A stretch of DNA of 63,300 nucleotides, the filler included, from Bigelowiella natans CCMP2755 (Eukaryota; Protista; Cercozoa), in the NCBI GenBank assembly GCA_000320545.1. It is 4 parts of 4 records of this genome, joined end to end, with 100 filler letters (N's around TTAATTAATTAA, not from the genome) between each part and the next. Parts side by side here need not be neighbours in the genome. Positions count along the whole stretch, not along the records: positions 1 to 29,226 come from ADNK01002294.1; 3 more parts are not named here. One strand, 5' to 3'. Position 1 is the first letter of the stretch; every line of letters begins with the position of its first letter. This document shows, piece by piece, positions 1-14,141 of the stretch. The notes below the pieces were generated by a model that did no database searches, had not been told where the DNA came from, and saw nothing but the letters and a program-made list of their open reading frames with translations. The translations under genes were made by a program, and so were the position numbers.

Positions 1-99
1 GGTTCGCACGCATCTTTCATCATCGTCGTTGTTATCATTATGACGACGAAGCAGCAAGTTGGGAAGGAGTTTGGATTGAGGAATAAAATGGGAGAAAAC

Positions 100-178
<79 letters not shown>

Positions 179-280
179 TATATATTGCGTGTTTATATAT
201 ATTGAGAAGGAGAGGGAAAGACATACTATGCATAATTTAAACGTAGTTATTTTTCTCAATGGCATGGCGTTCGGCTCACT

Positions 281-2346
281 CTCGTTTGGCGTTTTTCTGG
301 AATTCGCGATATCTGACTGGCAGCGGCTTGAAAAGGCCCTCAATCGTCATCTAAAATGAAGCAAAGAGTAGCCGTTTTGTTAGCCAGCACGAGACGTGTT
401 GGCATGCTCCTACTGCCTCTATGCATCGTCAAAGGTATAGAAGAGATTGACTCTCCTCCATCGTAAACGACGTCCCAGGATGATGCAGGGATAAGTAGTG
501 TCGGTCGAGAGAGGAGTGCTTCTCGAATAATATTGCACGATGATGTTTTGAATGCGGACTAGATGACATACCGTCGTTCCAATGCCTCTGGCACTGGGCG
601 TTTGCTTAACGAGCTCCCTGTACAATATCACGGAACGAGGGAGGAGGAGGAGGAGGAGGAGGTAAAGAAAGCTAAAATCTCAGAAAAGCGAATCTACACG
701 GTAAACAAGATGTGGACAGTGGTGGTGATGATGATAATAGTGCTGCCCTTTCCATTCCTACACACTATTGCTGCTGCTGCTGACAAGAGCAGCTTCTTCA
801 TACGCACCCAGCAGATGAATACTCGAGCTTGGTCGCTGTCGGGTCCTTTTCCGTGCGAGTCGTGACTGTCAGCTGAATAGTTTCCCATAATATATAACAA
901 GCATATGATACACACACTGCCTTAGCGAGACCTCTTCCAGCACAAAAAACAAGGAGGAAACCCCATTGTAAGCCAAGCCGATTATTTGAAAAAGAATGTC
1001 GTTCGTTCGATGCAAACGCCAACCTTTGAAAGAGCGCAGAGCGAACTGAGAGCTTCGCCTCGGAAGCCAAACGAGCGGACCTGTGGGTGCAACAATCTCT
1101 CGTTATTGATCAGGACGTCATGATAATCATGGACTGAATGAGAGTGAGTGGAAAGCTTCTCCGGATTTTGATTATGATTATTATTATTATCAAAAATTTT
1201 GTTGTTGTTGTTGTTAATATTGTGACGGTCCCAGCGCTGTCTAAAGAGCTTAGTATGCAAAGAATTGAGCTCTCTACTTCACCCATCCCCGTACCTGCTC
1301 CAGGTCTTCGAATTTTGAGATCTTTGACGTCCAATGTTTCCTTTTTTAAGGTGAAGGCAAGGCGGGTTGGAAGGGGATTAATACGACGTTAGAAACTTGA
1401 AGCATTCATAGCTCGTCCGCATCGTGTCTGTAAAGCATACCGCGCCAGGAACTTGTAGTTCTCCTTATCAATTCCGCATCCATCGTCTGAAACCTTATTG
1501 TGCAGAAGAAAGAGAAAGGAGGGGAGGAAACAAGGGAGAGAGGGGAGGAAGTTAAAATGTTAGGAATACTTCTCGTCCCATTTTTGCGGCATCGGAAATG
1601 TTATCTCCTCCTCCTCCTCCTCCTCCTCCACCATACCTGGATCGGAGAGGTTCCGTGTGGGGGGAATCCCCCCGGGGAAGAGTACCACATTTAGACGTAT
1701 GAATCCCCGTTGATATCATGAGGGAGACGATATCGCCATGGCTCGCTCTATGATGCTCAGGATTCCAATAGTTTTCCATCTGATACCTCCGCTTTTTAAG
1801 CAGCAGCGTCCACGGAGTTTTCTACGAGCTCGTGAGGAAAGGGGGTAGGCACAATGCTCGATGATTTCGGATTGCTTTGTCTTGATTTATCATTGTGACT
1901 CTATCTCGACGATATCGTCCCTTATCCACACACCATAATTTAAAGAAACTAACATGCATGTCAACGGGGGGAGGGGCACAACCTTAATCGCCGTGGAAAG
2001 ATCGACCACCACCTGATGCATAATTATTACATTTGAGACGAAGGCTTATTCCGCTTAAGAAAATCCCCCCACCATTTGTTTAGTTTATGCTAGACTTACG
2101 AACTATTTATGTAATATATGGGTGAACTTGCCTGGCCGCTGCAGATACGGTGCACCGATTCTGCGTCGATGACACGAAGCTGAGAAAGGGGAGAGGGGAA
2201 CATTTGGGGTGGTGGTTGATAAGCATGCAATTCTTGCTCACTCTGAATCTTTGGAAATTAAGACCCGACACGAATATTCCCTTCCCTAAAGCGTTCGTTT
2301 CCTCCCAAACATATGATGCTACCTTGGGAGGGGGCCCGGAGCTCAT
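281..2346 (-). CDS. PMS2: DNA mismatch repair protein PMS2/PMS1 (MutL family), N-terminal GHKL ATPase region; multi-exon, continues past the window start
   Basis: Exons spliced by hand on the minus strand: MSSGPPPK (2346-2323) / LRVIDAESVHRICSGQ / VVVDLSTAIK / ELVENSVDA.. / VSDDGCGIDKENYKFLAR / KHWTSKISKFEDLEQ / VRSFGFRGEALSSLCALSK / LTVTTRTEKDPTATKLEYSSAG / ELVKQTPSARGIGTT / MTIEGLFKPLPVRYREFQKNAKRE. These contain the MutL signature GFRGEAL and match PMS2-type N-termini. Exons near 1640-1834 are anomalous (see findings). Confidence 0.93.
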
Positions 2347-2987
2347 CCCGTAGCGCACGAGTGCCTTTAAAGGAGAGCAGGCAAAGGGCTTGGCGCGGAT
2401 TTCCAGGATTTCTTAATAATTCCCAAAGGGGAACAATTTATGCAATGCGACAACAAAATAGCATGTAATTTCTAAGATTTTCACTATATTTCATGAATGC
2501 AGCCGATTTTACGAAGAAAGCCACCCACTCAGATTGTCGCAACTCTTTTTGACCGCAACCAAATTACAACGGTTACCGAGATACCAATGAAATTTCCTGT
2601 CCTCTTTCCGATCCCCCTTCCTAAGTGCGACAATATTTTGACTGCAACGACGAAGCAAAAGGGATGTGATTTTGGTGGAAATACTTGGAATCCCGGTTTT
2701 GTCAGGATCTCGTGGCACGAGGTCTCTAAACCAAATTAAATTACCCCATTCAAACCCTAGATCTACCTAACCCACTCCTCACTAGGAGGGAGGAAAGTAT
2801 TAAGGCACCTGCTCTACTTCTTACCTTCGCTGTTTAATGCGTTCATCTCATTTTGGAACTCCGATGCCAGGTGTCTGCTGAGAATAATCCCTCGCCCTGC
2901 GCCCATGCGTAACCTCGCCAAATCAAAAAAGTAATAAATGTGTCGAACGTAGGGTCGCGGTCTCGGTCATCGCGTCGACGAGTAGGG

Positions 2988-5152
2988 ATGCAAGAGTTGA
3001 GGAATAGAAAGCATCACGTGCGCTTTAGTGGGGTGGAGTACAAGAAAATCCCGTTGCAACCGGTCATGTGCACTTGCGATGAGGACGAAGACATGGCTGG
3101 CCTCTCGTCTTCCCCATTTCTCTCGTGGTATTATTTATCCACATGTACGTTTACAGGCCCATCTTATTGATATCTCTTGCTGTAGTCATAAGTGTATGGA
3201 GTGGCATTCTGCGAAGTGCTTAGCGATTCCACTGAAGCCGGGAGCTTTCATTCAGGTTATTAGTCACACGACACATTGAGCATTAAACACGGTAGCGATT
3301 CGAAAGCAAGAAGTTGGCTCGACAACAAGTTATTTCTACTAACGCCCCATCCTGAATTGATATCTTTGTTCTTATTGCAGAAGAATCACATACAAGCAGT
3401 GTGTCTTCGCTGTCGGTACTGATACTCGAATTCATGGGGGGGGGGGGGGGGGGGGGGGGGAAGGAAGGAAGGATTAACAACATATAACTATGCTAGTTTG
3501 TTGCATGCCTAGATGGCTTCCACTCGTTAATTAAATAACCCGTGACATGATCTTGATTGTCACTGCAATGATGCATATACGTTGCAGGAAACGCTCCCTT
3601 TTGGATAAACTTTACCTTTCAGCTCGCAAAAAGGCTCTTCCTCCGCAGTGCAAAGTAACTTGCTGACCAGTATGGTGGCAATGACACGTGCATGTTTGAG
3701 CCAAATTCATTGAAGCTTGTTCTCTACCTCCTCTAAACACAGTTACTGTCGGTGTGCCAGAAGCTACAATTGCCTACGACTGGGACTCAGCGTAATAATA
3801 GACTATAATTTGCCCACAAACACATAAACACTGCAGCAGGACCGAATAAATAATGCCTGTGCGTTGGATATGCGATACGACGAAGGAAGAGATTTTTCAC
3901 GAATTTCGGCACTGCCAAAAGAAACATCGATGAACTTGTTGCTGTGACACGGACAGAGAGACTTCGTGCCGTGCATATGGGCGCTCCTTTATGTTCAGCC
4001 TGTGAGACCGCCGTCTGCGTATTCGAACGTTGTACTACAGGTGATCTAGTTGCTCGATTGGCTTCATTCTTAACGTTCGTGAAGGAGGAGCTTCCGTCTG
4101 GGTCGGTGAATTGCACGCCAATGCACAGTCGATAGACAATAACTATGGTGGTGATGTTGGCTCCCGAAATCAGCATTTGGCAGCGCCGTTATCACAGGAC
4201 ACGATATACGAAGAAACAAGATATTGCTCTTTTTGTTAATATAGCGGCTTGAGAGGGATGAGGCCATTCAAACATGTCATGAAGCCTTTAAAATTCTAGG
4301 GTTGGGTAGCTTGTATCGATCCAACAGAGATATCGCTACGTGCGAGTGCGAGCTGAAAGGAGCATCTTGTTGTTACTGGAAGAAGAAATTAATTGTTTCT
4401 TTGTTATCCCTTCCCTCCCCATTAAAGATACGCCGACAAACTCGACAACGTTGGAGGCAGGGCTCAGAAGAAGCTGCTACGAATCATCGGAGTTGACAAG
4501 TATACAAAGAGATCTCGAATAGTCGTTAATGATGTCGCAGTAGTAGTTCGGCAACCTTGGCGTTGTGTGTGAAGTAGCAAAATCTCCAAGCGTCGTATGA
4601 CAGCGAAACTGAAGCGATCTTATCTTGAAACCCTTCCCTATGTCAAAGGCTGAGGCATATGTGCCAGAAGATTGCAGGAGGAGAAACTGTCGGTGCGTTG
4701 GACAATGCTGCCAGTAGTTGCAGAAGCCAAGATAGTAGCAGGGAAGTTGAGGAGGAAGAGGAAGGAAAATATTTAGGCGACGGTAGCACCACCACCCCTC
4801 ATTTACGTCAGTGCTTTTCCACGCCTCTCTCTTCCGTAAACCTCATTCTATAGAGTCATGAAATCGTCGTTGGTATGTACTCTGAACGTGCTGTAATTTG
4901 ATTCTCTTCCATCCCCCCCATCTAAGAGCTATTGCTGGATGAGCTTGTTGAGCGTGCACACCGGCTGCTATTCTTCCCGACGGAAAAAGGCCAACCCTTG
5001 CCAACTCGTTATAGCCGCAAGGTAGCAGCAGTGCCTCCTTCCCGTGCTCCGCTTGGAGCAATAGATGAGAACGAGACGGGTGTCATTAGCCATCAGGAAA
5101 AAGAACTAGCTGGGGGAGACGTTCCGGTATGGCATCATCAGCACTTTGATAG

Positions 5153-5195
<43 letters not shown>

Positions 5196-5636
5196 ATCCC
5201 ACAATAGTAGCGTGGTGATCGGTCTCTTTGGGGCTATCAGTTGATGATGCACTACCGCATTTTTGAAGATTTTTCATCATGTTTTTGGATGAAGGAGAAG
5301 GAGGCAGAAGGGAAGCGGCGATCTCAACGTCCGTCACGCCGTCAGGAAAGGAAGAAACGCTCAGCAAGCAGCAGCAGTGGCAATAGGAGTAGCGGCAGGA
5401 CAATCAACAATAGCATCGTAAATGCTGACGAGAGTGTCGCTGGAGGGGGGGGGTCAAGCAAGCTGCCATTTACCGTCGGAAGGATACGGAAAATGCTTAA
5501 AATCTTCGATGCCCAGGTGCTTTTGTCGGAGAATAATAATGCGTCTGCCAGTCCGTCTCGATCCATCCCCCTTCCCCTCCCCCCCGCCTTCTCGGATATT
5601 CCTATGTTCACTTCTCTAACAACGTGTTTGCGTATG

Positions 5637-5668
<32 letters not shown>

Positions 5669-6586
5669 ATTATTATGTCGCTCCTCCCTCCTAGCACCTG
5701 AGGAAGGAGTGCCTATCCTACGGGCTCCCATCGGCGGGAACAGAACGGCAACTTTTGGTCAGTTTTGCATAAATGGGAGAGAGTCATGAGCCGTGCTGCT
5801 TTTTAATGATGATAATGATAATGATGATGGAGAGGATTGCTTTGCTGGATATGTGAGCAAATGCACTCGGTGCTACGTGCCTGCCGCACATTGTGTTGTT
5901 GCGAGACCAGCACGAGAATCAGCTTGCTCGCCTTCGGTGCCGGTTACCAATGCAAACATCCATCGTCTGCTTCAATGTTTGGCTTTGCTCCTACCAGAAA
6001 TCTCTTGGTTCTCACCTCTACGCAATGCAGCCAAAAGGGTACAAGACACGACCGCATGCCGACGGTATTTTCACCTGATAGTAGCCTCATTAGTCAGCAA
6101 CTTGAAGCTATACTTAAATGAGAGAAAGATGCTTTTGGTGATGTGCCATGCTCTCAGCTTCGTCTCGCAAAATAATATGAAAATGATGATCTAGCGGTGA
6201 TTGCGAGATTGATAATGAAAAACCTACCCGAATTACACGCATTTTTTTTTATTTTCTTGGTTTTGGGGTCTTCCTTAACACTCTCCTGTCTTTACCCCCT
6301 CCCGCCTCCTCACCGATGATCCAATGTCAACTACAGCCTGTAGCTGCGACCTGTGCGATTTAGAGCTTGCCGTAGCTCTGAATACTATCCAGATAAAGTA
6401 ATAATAGGAATACTGCTGAACGACCGCAGCCAGAAAATTAGCAAATTACATCGTCTGGCGGCTAAGCAGATGTACTTCGTTTCAGAGAGGAAGAAAACTG
6501 TACAAGTCAAAGCGACCAACCCGTTCCGTGGAGATATCTTGCCCCTTTGTCTCCATGGCGCTACTATTATGTTGAAGCTGTGGTGA
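2988..6586 (+). CDS. Multi-exon hypothetical protein; exon structure and 3' end approximate
   Basis: ATG at 2988 opens MQELRNRKHHVRFSGVEYKKIPLQPVMC.., ending at a GT donor. Further exon-like plus-strand stretches follow (ACETAVCVFERCTTGDLVARLASFLTFVKEELPSG; LLDELVERAHRLLFFPTEKGQPLP; HYRIFEDFSSCFWMKEKE..), separated by microsatellite introns. No family recognised. Confidence 0.4.
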
Positions 6587-7134
6587 AGTAGATGATCCAC
6601 AGCGCAATATATGCAATCGCGACCGCAATTCATATGCCAAACTCGCTACTAATGCGAAATCTCAGGACGTTCACAATGTAACGTAATCTCAGCATGCATT
6701 CTGACTTTAAAATACACACAGTTAATGCGTCAATCATTTTTCTAGTTGTAAATGGGCGAGGATATCATCTTGCTAGCAGCATGAATTAAGGCCATTGCGA
6801 TGCTGCTTATAATGACATCACTAGAGTAGACAAGCCGCAGCTATTGCAATATGCGCGGCAACAAGCTAGCAAGCAAGGAACGCATGCTGGCTAGCTGGCG
6901 GCAGCGTAGCTCGAGCAGCATTGCCTTCTGTTCATTTTGCTCAGACACTGCTAGACTGTAAAGCAAAGTATCGTCACCGGCCGTGGCATTATTGAAAGCG
7001 CGGATAGAAAACAGCGGCTACATTAGGATGACTATTGAAAATATTTAATCACTTCATTACATCCGTCTCATCTATCCGGATAGATAAACGGCAATGCTTG
7101 AGCGCTTCGATTTTTAGGTTGGTGAAGAGTGCTG

Positions 7135-8279
7135 CTACGCTTTCCTTCTTTTAGTTCGTCCCTTCTTTGATGACTGTGTCCTCTTCCTGCCTACCCCTTT
7201 CGTCGATGACGATGGGGAGCGAGAAGGGGGTGCAGCACTGAAACCCCCAGGAGCCGATGAAAGGGGCACTCGGCCGCGATCAGTCTCCGACTCTTCATCA
7301 TTACCATCTCTGTTTTTCTTCTCCTCCCTACTGTTTTGTTCGACGCTGCCTTTTCCTTTCCTACCTCCACCATTCAAACTGCCACGCCATCTTTTCTCCA
7401 CTTGAAGTCTTTGCAAGACCTCCCGCTCGTCGTCCGAGGTGCGCGTTGTACTCACCCATCTCTCCGGCACCTCGATCTGAAACCTGGCAGGTAGAAGAAT
7501 GCCGACGAAAATCGAGTTAGATGCCGTTGCTGCTGGTTGCCATTGCCATTGCTATTCTGGGGTATATGACAAGGAGGAAACACACATTTACATCCCCCAT
7601 CCTCCCCCCCCCCTCTCTCCCTGTTCTGCGCTCAGCTCTTACTGCTCGTTTAAGCGTCCCCCTTCAAGCAATTGTCTTCGCGTCATATCGTTCTCTCGGT
7701 CAAAGCCGAGAAAGCTCTTGCCCCCTCCGAAGTTGTCTTCCCCGTCGGCCTCATCGTCATCAGCAGCAGAGTCGGAAGAACGGTTTGGTGAGATGTAGCC
7801 GGGCTGGAGATATGGAGGGTCCTCTACCGCCTCCAGAACTCGCCCGATCGTACCCCACGCAACTGTTAATACCAGCAATTTTCAACTCGAAATGACTGAA
7901 TGGGGTAAGATACTTGAGACAAAACGCGTCGTTGTGCTCTCTGGCGACATGGCCTCTATCACCGCTGTCCTATTATCTTCTCTGCGTACGATGCAACAAA
8001 TGATGAGGCAATACATCGCATTGAAATGTATACACTAGTAAATGAGCAGCAGCAGCAGCAGCGTGTCATGTCGTCAGTCTGTATCTTTTGTCGCTGCCGT
8101 GCCTTTTTCTAATTCGTCGAGGGTTCGATTGGGAGGGTTTGCTTTGTACTAACAAGACAATAACGGGAAGGCAGAAGCTCTTATTTTGGTAAATCAGTAG
8201 TGATTGCGGTGGATGATATGGTTTCAGGTTGACTGTGAGAACCAGAGAGAAGGGGGGAGGCTGGGAGAGAGGGGGGGGG

Positions 8280-8313
<34 letters not shown>

Positions 8314-8970
8314 TGATGATGATATACAAGACACACATGTGTATAGATCATATATATGATTTGCTATTACTCGTAGAGTCTTCCGTAGATCGTTGCTAAG
8401 CCTGTCGTTATGATTGATGTTTCACTGCTTATTTTTGATGGAATAATCGAATTTGGCAGCAGGAAAAGGACGACCTTCGCCATTGGATGGCTTCCTCCCT
8501 AATCTCCGCCTTAGATCGGGGTGGTTTCGTGTAGTTTTGCCTCTTCTTGCGATAATATTTGTGATGAGAAGGAAGATGATGCTGCCGACGAATTGCAAGC
8601 ATCAGGGCTCCTCCTCCTCCTCCCCCGTCTCCAGTGTGTTTCGAGATCACGCTTGTTGGCCATACACTGTTATCGGACAGGATGTAACCACATCCCCCGA
8701 ATGAAAGAAAAAGAAGAAGAAGAAGAAGAAGAAGAAGATCCGGGAATGCCCATGCTAGAGGAAGAAGAAGAAGAAGAAATAGGAGCAGGGGGCGTGGATT
8801 AGAGTGATGATGCGCTTTAATGTTCACGTTGCATCGATCTGCTTATATTACGCACCAGAAGTTAGTACAAGCGGCTGTGACCCAGAGCCACTGGGGGCTG
8901 GATATCCCCCTTGGCACCACTTCACGGTTTCGCTATTATCGTGACTTGGGAAGGGTTGTGGGTGGTGGCA
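7135..8970 (-). CDS. Possible multi-exon hypothetical protein with a basic, low-complexity C-terminus
   Basis: Charged, exon-like minus-strand segments (EREVLQRLQVEKRWRG..KKGRTKRRKA*; DDDEADGEDNFGGGKSFLGFDRENDMTRRQLLEGG) separated by microsatellite-bearing introns. The frame was not resolved throughout. Confidence 0.3.
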
Positions 8971-9229
8971 GCCATTCTTCGGGCCGTTGGTTCCGAAGCG
9001 ATAGTTCTCTTTATAATTTCGCTATTTCTTCTCTGGAACAAAAACGTACGGAAAATATCTCAAAAGGCTAAAAATTACTATTTAGCGCCGAAGAATTCAA
9101 ATTTCGTTTGTCGCGATTTAAAAACGGCCGTAATATCAGAAGTTTTCTGACGATTGAGCATGATAGTTTTGACCATCTTTTCTTGATTTCCGAAAGTATC
9201 TCTTCCCCCCCCGCAAGGATCATCGCAAT

Positions 9230-9473
9230 ATGCGCAGGGCGAGGGCTTTGAAACCGCGCCGCGCTTGGCTGTTCATGCCTGGCGGAAGAATGAAATTCAT
9301 CCAGAAAGCTGCCAAGCTCGACGTAATTAACGAACATGTTCACTCGGCATTTCACACCTCATTGCTCTGTGCTTCTAGGTGGACGTTGTGTGCATGGATC
9401 TTGAAGATGGTGTCGCTGAGGGCGATGCAAAGGTGGTCGCCTTTTCGTACCCCGTGGATGTTCTGATCAAAAA

Positions 9474-9519
<46 letters not shown>

Positions 9520-9761
9520 TTAAAAATGTGTACAAAATCGCGGGCATCATTAGGCAGAGGCTCGGTCGACAATCCGCACAGCACTCGAGACGCTCAACTT
9601 TGGTAGAAGCGATGTTGCCGTTCGTATCAACACGCCTAGATTGGACGAAGTAAGTCCGTGAGTAGAGAGAAGGGTTAGCGTTGCAACAAAGCAGGAAATA
9701 GTGAAGCAGTCCCACCGGTTTTCATCAAATCAACCGTTTTTTCGATGATGATTCCCATCTC

Positions 9762-9809
<48 letters not shown>

Positions 9810-10133
9810 CGCCGATACTTAGACGTATGACCTCATTTCTGTTTGTTGAAATTCCTAGAGAATTGCTCTTGAGGACCTTGAAGCTGTTCTCACGGCTCCT
9901 GTCCTCCCTCAAACACTCTGTGTGCCTAAGGTGGGTGAGGCAAGATCATAAATAGGAGGCCCAGGGAAGATTTATCGACATATTTTCTATGCTGAGAATC
10001 CTATTACATCGCGTATAATAGTAGGTACTCTTTGGGTGATGATGATGCCATAGGTGTTTGATTATTGCATCTTCCTACTCTTCCAGGTAGCCCACGTGCA
10101 CGAACTCACGCGCGTTCTGGACTCCTCAGGTTC

Positions 10134-10219
<86 letters not shown>

Positions 10220-11679
10220 TAACTTGGATCGTGGTGTATAACAAAGAGTATTGACTTTCAAGTTATCAATATGGCGAGAATTTGATTTACCAATGACGGA
10301 CGCATGCTGGCATGCTTCTTATTTCGTGTTTGGGGCTTCTTCACATTGGCAGTTCCACCATTCATTGCATCTCATTTTAATTGGCCAAATATGGTCTCCA
10401 CGACCTTCCTATGTCGCCATCGTAGAGTCCATCCTGAGCTCTCGTCCAGACTGGAAAGCAGGGAGGGGGGGGGAGAGAATGGCTTTGGTGACGATGTGCG
10501 AGTCGCCTTTAGGCCTGCTCAATCTGGCAGAGATCCTCGAAGCTTCTACAGATCCAAACGCTGTTCTTGACACACAGGTAATGGTGCTGCTGGAGCTGCA
10601 GTAGTAAGAGTAGTGAGTCGTCCGGGTGGTGGAGATATGCGGTACATATGTAGCTGTTTGGCGTAGAATATATCAATAGAAACAGATATGACAAACACAT
10701 AAGCATGCACAGGAGCACGCAAACAAGCAACAATGCGCGGAGTATATGCGCTTATGCCCTGCTCTTGCCTTAGGCGGTGATCTTTGGAGGGGACGACTAC
10801 GCAGCGGAGGCGGGGGCTACACGCTCCACGACGAATGAAGAGATCCTGATGCCGAGGCAAATGGGTCGGTTATATTTTTTGAGATATTGATGATGACAAA
10901 CTGGCCCCTCATTTATATTAAGAATGAGGGGATCTGGGATGACCTCCAGAACGAGGAAACATATATGCGAACAAACAAACACATTCATACGCACAAGCAC
11001 CTTCCTCAACGCCCTCTCTATGTGCCTTCTCCATCTCCGACCTATCCCCCTCCCGTCATCCACACAGTCGTGGCCACCTGTCGCGCCTACGGCGTGCAGC
11101 CGTTGGATATCGTACACATTGACATTTCGGGAACAGAGAAGTTGCGTGAGGAGTCAATCGAGGGGGCGGCGTGGGGCTTCGCGGGAAAGCAGGCAATGCA
11201 CCACATACAACCATGACATTATTCACAAATCCTTGGAAATCACGTCTGCTACACGTTCTTGCCAAGTTCGCCGCACATAAATGCACACAGTATTTTAATG
11301 GGTGAACATCGACGCAGAGATAACAGCCGTATTTCATGTCGCACATGCGTCTTCGTACATAATTTACTGCTTCCTCGCTCACATAACAGTTTCCCCCCTA
11401 ATGATTTTCGCGTAGATCATCCACCCGAAGCAAATCGATCCAGTGCAAAGCGCCTTTTCTCCCACGGAAGAGCAGATAGCGGAGGCTGAGGAGCTTCTAG
11501 AGGCGTACCAGCTTCACTACTCTGCATCGAATGATGACGCCCACAGCAGCGGCGATGGCGAGAGCAAAACTGTCCGCAAAGGCGCATTCACTTACAAGGG
11601 TAAGATGATCGATATGCCGACCGTGCTAATTGCACAGAATGTGGTGGCCAGGGCCGAGGCCGCAGAGAACAGCAACTGA
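9230..11679 (+). CDS. CLYBL: Citrate lyase subunit beta-like protein (CitE/CLYBL; HpcH/HpaI aldolase-citrate lyase family), multi-exon
   Basis: Exons give PRRAWLFMPG..KFIQKAAKLD / VDVVCMDLEDGVAEGDAK / ..LVTMCESPLGLLNLAEI / AVIFGGDDYAAEAGATRS / VVATCRAYGVQPLDIVHIDI..GFAGKQ / IIHPKQIDPVQSAFSPTEEQI..GAFTYKGKMIDMPTVLIAQNVV. These are the characteristic CitE motifs (DLEDGV, GFxGKQxIHPxQ, GKMIDMP). Confidence 0.92.
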
Positions 11680-11699
11680 TGTGTTGCTTGCTACAAGTA

Positions 11700-12440
11700 T
11701 GATGACATAACTACTGCGTCATTGTGCTGCATGGATGATGCTAGGATGGTGCTCACGTGTTGCACCTAATCTGTGCACCTAGTTAGGACTAATCATCGTT
11801 TCTGCTACATGCAGCATTGATTGCTCCTTCCCCCCCCTAGTAGCCCCGATCATGCATGCATATATACGCTGCATTCAGATTGCTTGACGTGTTGCACATG
11901 CTGCTGGAAAGCTGCTTGACCATCCTAGCATGGCGCACGCAAGCGCGCAGCATATGTGGCAATGGCGCCATGGATCGAGGCAACGAACCATCACTAGAAA
12001 CACAGCTGACGTACAGCACACCGTTCATCGATCCACATCAGCTTTCATCATTGGTGGCGATCGCGAAGCAAAACATGCGCAAGACTCGCAATGACGACCG
12101 CCACTGCCTTCAGGCACTACAGCTTTTGAAAATGCTGGCCACATGTTCGTACATGCGCGCATAAACATGTCTATAGGTGCGTTGACATGTCTCCACATGT
12201 GCAATTACATGAATATTTATGCACATGTTCTCTTTCATGTATACATGTGTGCGTGCACGTGTACCAAATTGAACACGCTTTAATTTTCTTTTCTTGCACA
12301 TTGCAATTCGCAACATTGCCCGCAACACATGTGCAACAACACGCGCACGCAGCCATGTGGCATGCATTGCAGTGTTAATATGCGCATGCACGAATGTAGC
12401 CACAAAGGCTTTGTTCACGAACAACTCTGGCGTTTCATTC
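11700..12440. repeat. Degenerate, probably transposon-derived intergenic block, TpA-poor and CATG/TGCA-rich
   Basis: Composition differs from the flanking genes, with many catg/tgca/cac words and Cys/His/Met-rich pseudo-ORFs. No termini identified. Confidence 0.45.
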
Positions 12441-12524
12441 TTCATCATCATTCTTCGATCCTGCAAGCAGAGTCCCCCCCCCCCCCCCCTCACTATTCTT
12501 GGTACAGTGCCTTTCTCCCCCTGT

Positions 12525-13172
12525 CATGGTGAGAGTGGTTTTCCAAATGATCGACAGCTGCGAGTCAAATCCTTTATTCGCGCTCTATCAGAGCCCGTCT
12601 TGCATGTGGAAGCTTTGCTTTGACGAGAGAACCTGGCAAAAGAGGGGGGGAAGGGTTAAGGGGGGTGGACGACTCGTCATAAAAATCATGTGCAGATGAG
12701 TAGAAGCGTCACCATGTATTTAAATTTCAGAATCTCTGCAAGGTATATCGTATTATCTTGTCCTAATTCGCTCTTGTGCTTTGTTGTTGTTGTTGTTGTT
12801 GTTGTTGTTGGGTGTGCAGCGCGACCATCCAACCCCGTCTTGGTCAGAGCAGGGCTATATTATTCTCATCTTCTGCCTAATGGGCAGTTACATTACCGGG
12901 AGCGACATAAATTTATTCGCGAAAGCTGTGAGACCTCCCAACAAGGACCTAATAACCAACGCGCATCATCAAGTAAAGGCATATTACATATATATATATA
13001 TATATATTTATTTATTATATACATATTGGTGGTGAGTTGTCCTCCATCCGAAAGGACTAATCAGCGGCCATTAATACGAGTCGGAGGGCAGATTGCACGA
13101 GAAGGCACGGCAAGTGGTGGTAGGGGTTGCAAGGGTGTCTCCATCATCAGCAATCTCGTAGTACAGTAGTAC

Positions 13173-13204
<32 letters not shown>

Positions 13205-13830
13205 ACCGAATAAGAATAAGGATAGTATCACCCGAGGGGGTAGCAGTAGTAATTTTGCTGCTGAATGGCTAATTGCACGTGACTTTTGTTAAGATTTGCG
13301 ACGTCCAGAGTCCCTGTCGGTAGTAGCGGTGATCAGTACTGCGACTACTACTTCTACTACTACTACTACTACTACTACTACTATTACTTGCTACTACATT
13401 CCTAATACCAAATACATAGCCAAAATAAATCCCGGAAATACATGCCGAGCCTGCAAGCAGCCGAATGTAGCGAGGATGCTCCGCGAGAGGCTTGAGCTTA
13501 TAAGTCCTGTTATCGTCATCGTCATCATCATCACCATCATCGTCGTCGTCGATGTGGTCGTCATCATCACGTAGTAGTGATATTTAATACAACAACGAAG
13601 GCGAAAGAGCGTGCCACGATTTATTATATCCGAGGAGGAGGAGGAGGAGGAGGAGGATGAGCCATAGTTGAGTATATATAGTTTGTTTGAGAGAATGCAG
13701 AGATAATAGCGAGCAAACGACAACAACCCATCTCATGTCGTCGATGTAGAATGGCTAGCACGAAAAATCAGCAAATTCTTCAAGACAAAAGTGATCTTGC
13801 GTCTGAAGAAGAACTGGCTTCTTCTACACC

Positions 13831-13893
<63 letters not shown>

Positions 13894-14103
13894 TATCATC
13901 ATCGTTACTGCAAGTGCCGCATTAGCTACACCTCCCATAATACACCTATAAACCCATTGTTCAGCGTTTTTGCCTTCCTACCTGCAGATGTTGGCACTCC
14001 GAGTGGCCAAATCAACGGCGACGAAGACAAATGAAAAGCACAACGCTATTCCCACGGCAGCGTATACCTGAGTGTACCACGACGATGACGACGGTGTATC
14101 ATG

Positions 14104-14141
<38 letters not shown>

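Noticed and set aside
38-359. ORFs with YIYIYI, CVCVCV, THTHTH, LSLSLS or poly-M/poly-L runs here and throughout the window
   Set aside because: These are translations of intronic microsatellites, not proteins.
1796-1798. Stop-codon reassignment (TAA read as sense) to explain the PMS2 in-frame stop
   Set aside because: AOX terminates at TAA, other conserved exons lack internal TAA, and neighbouring anomalies point to local sequence error or decay.
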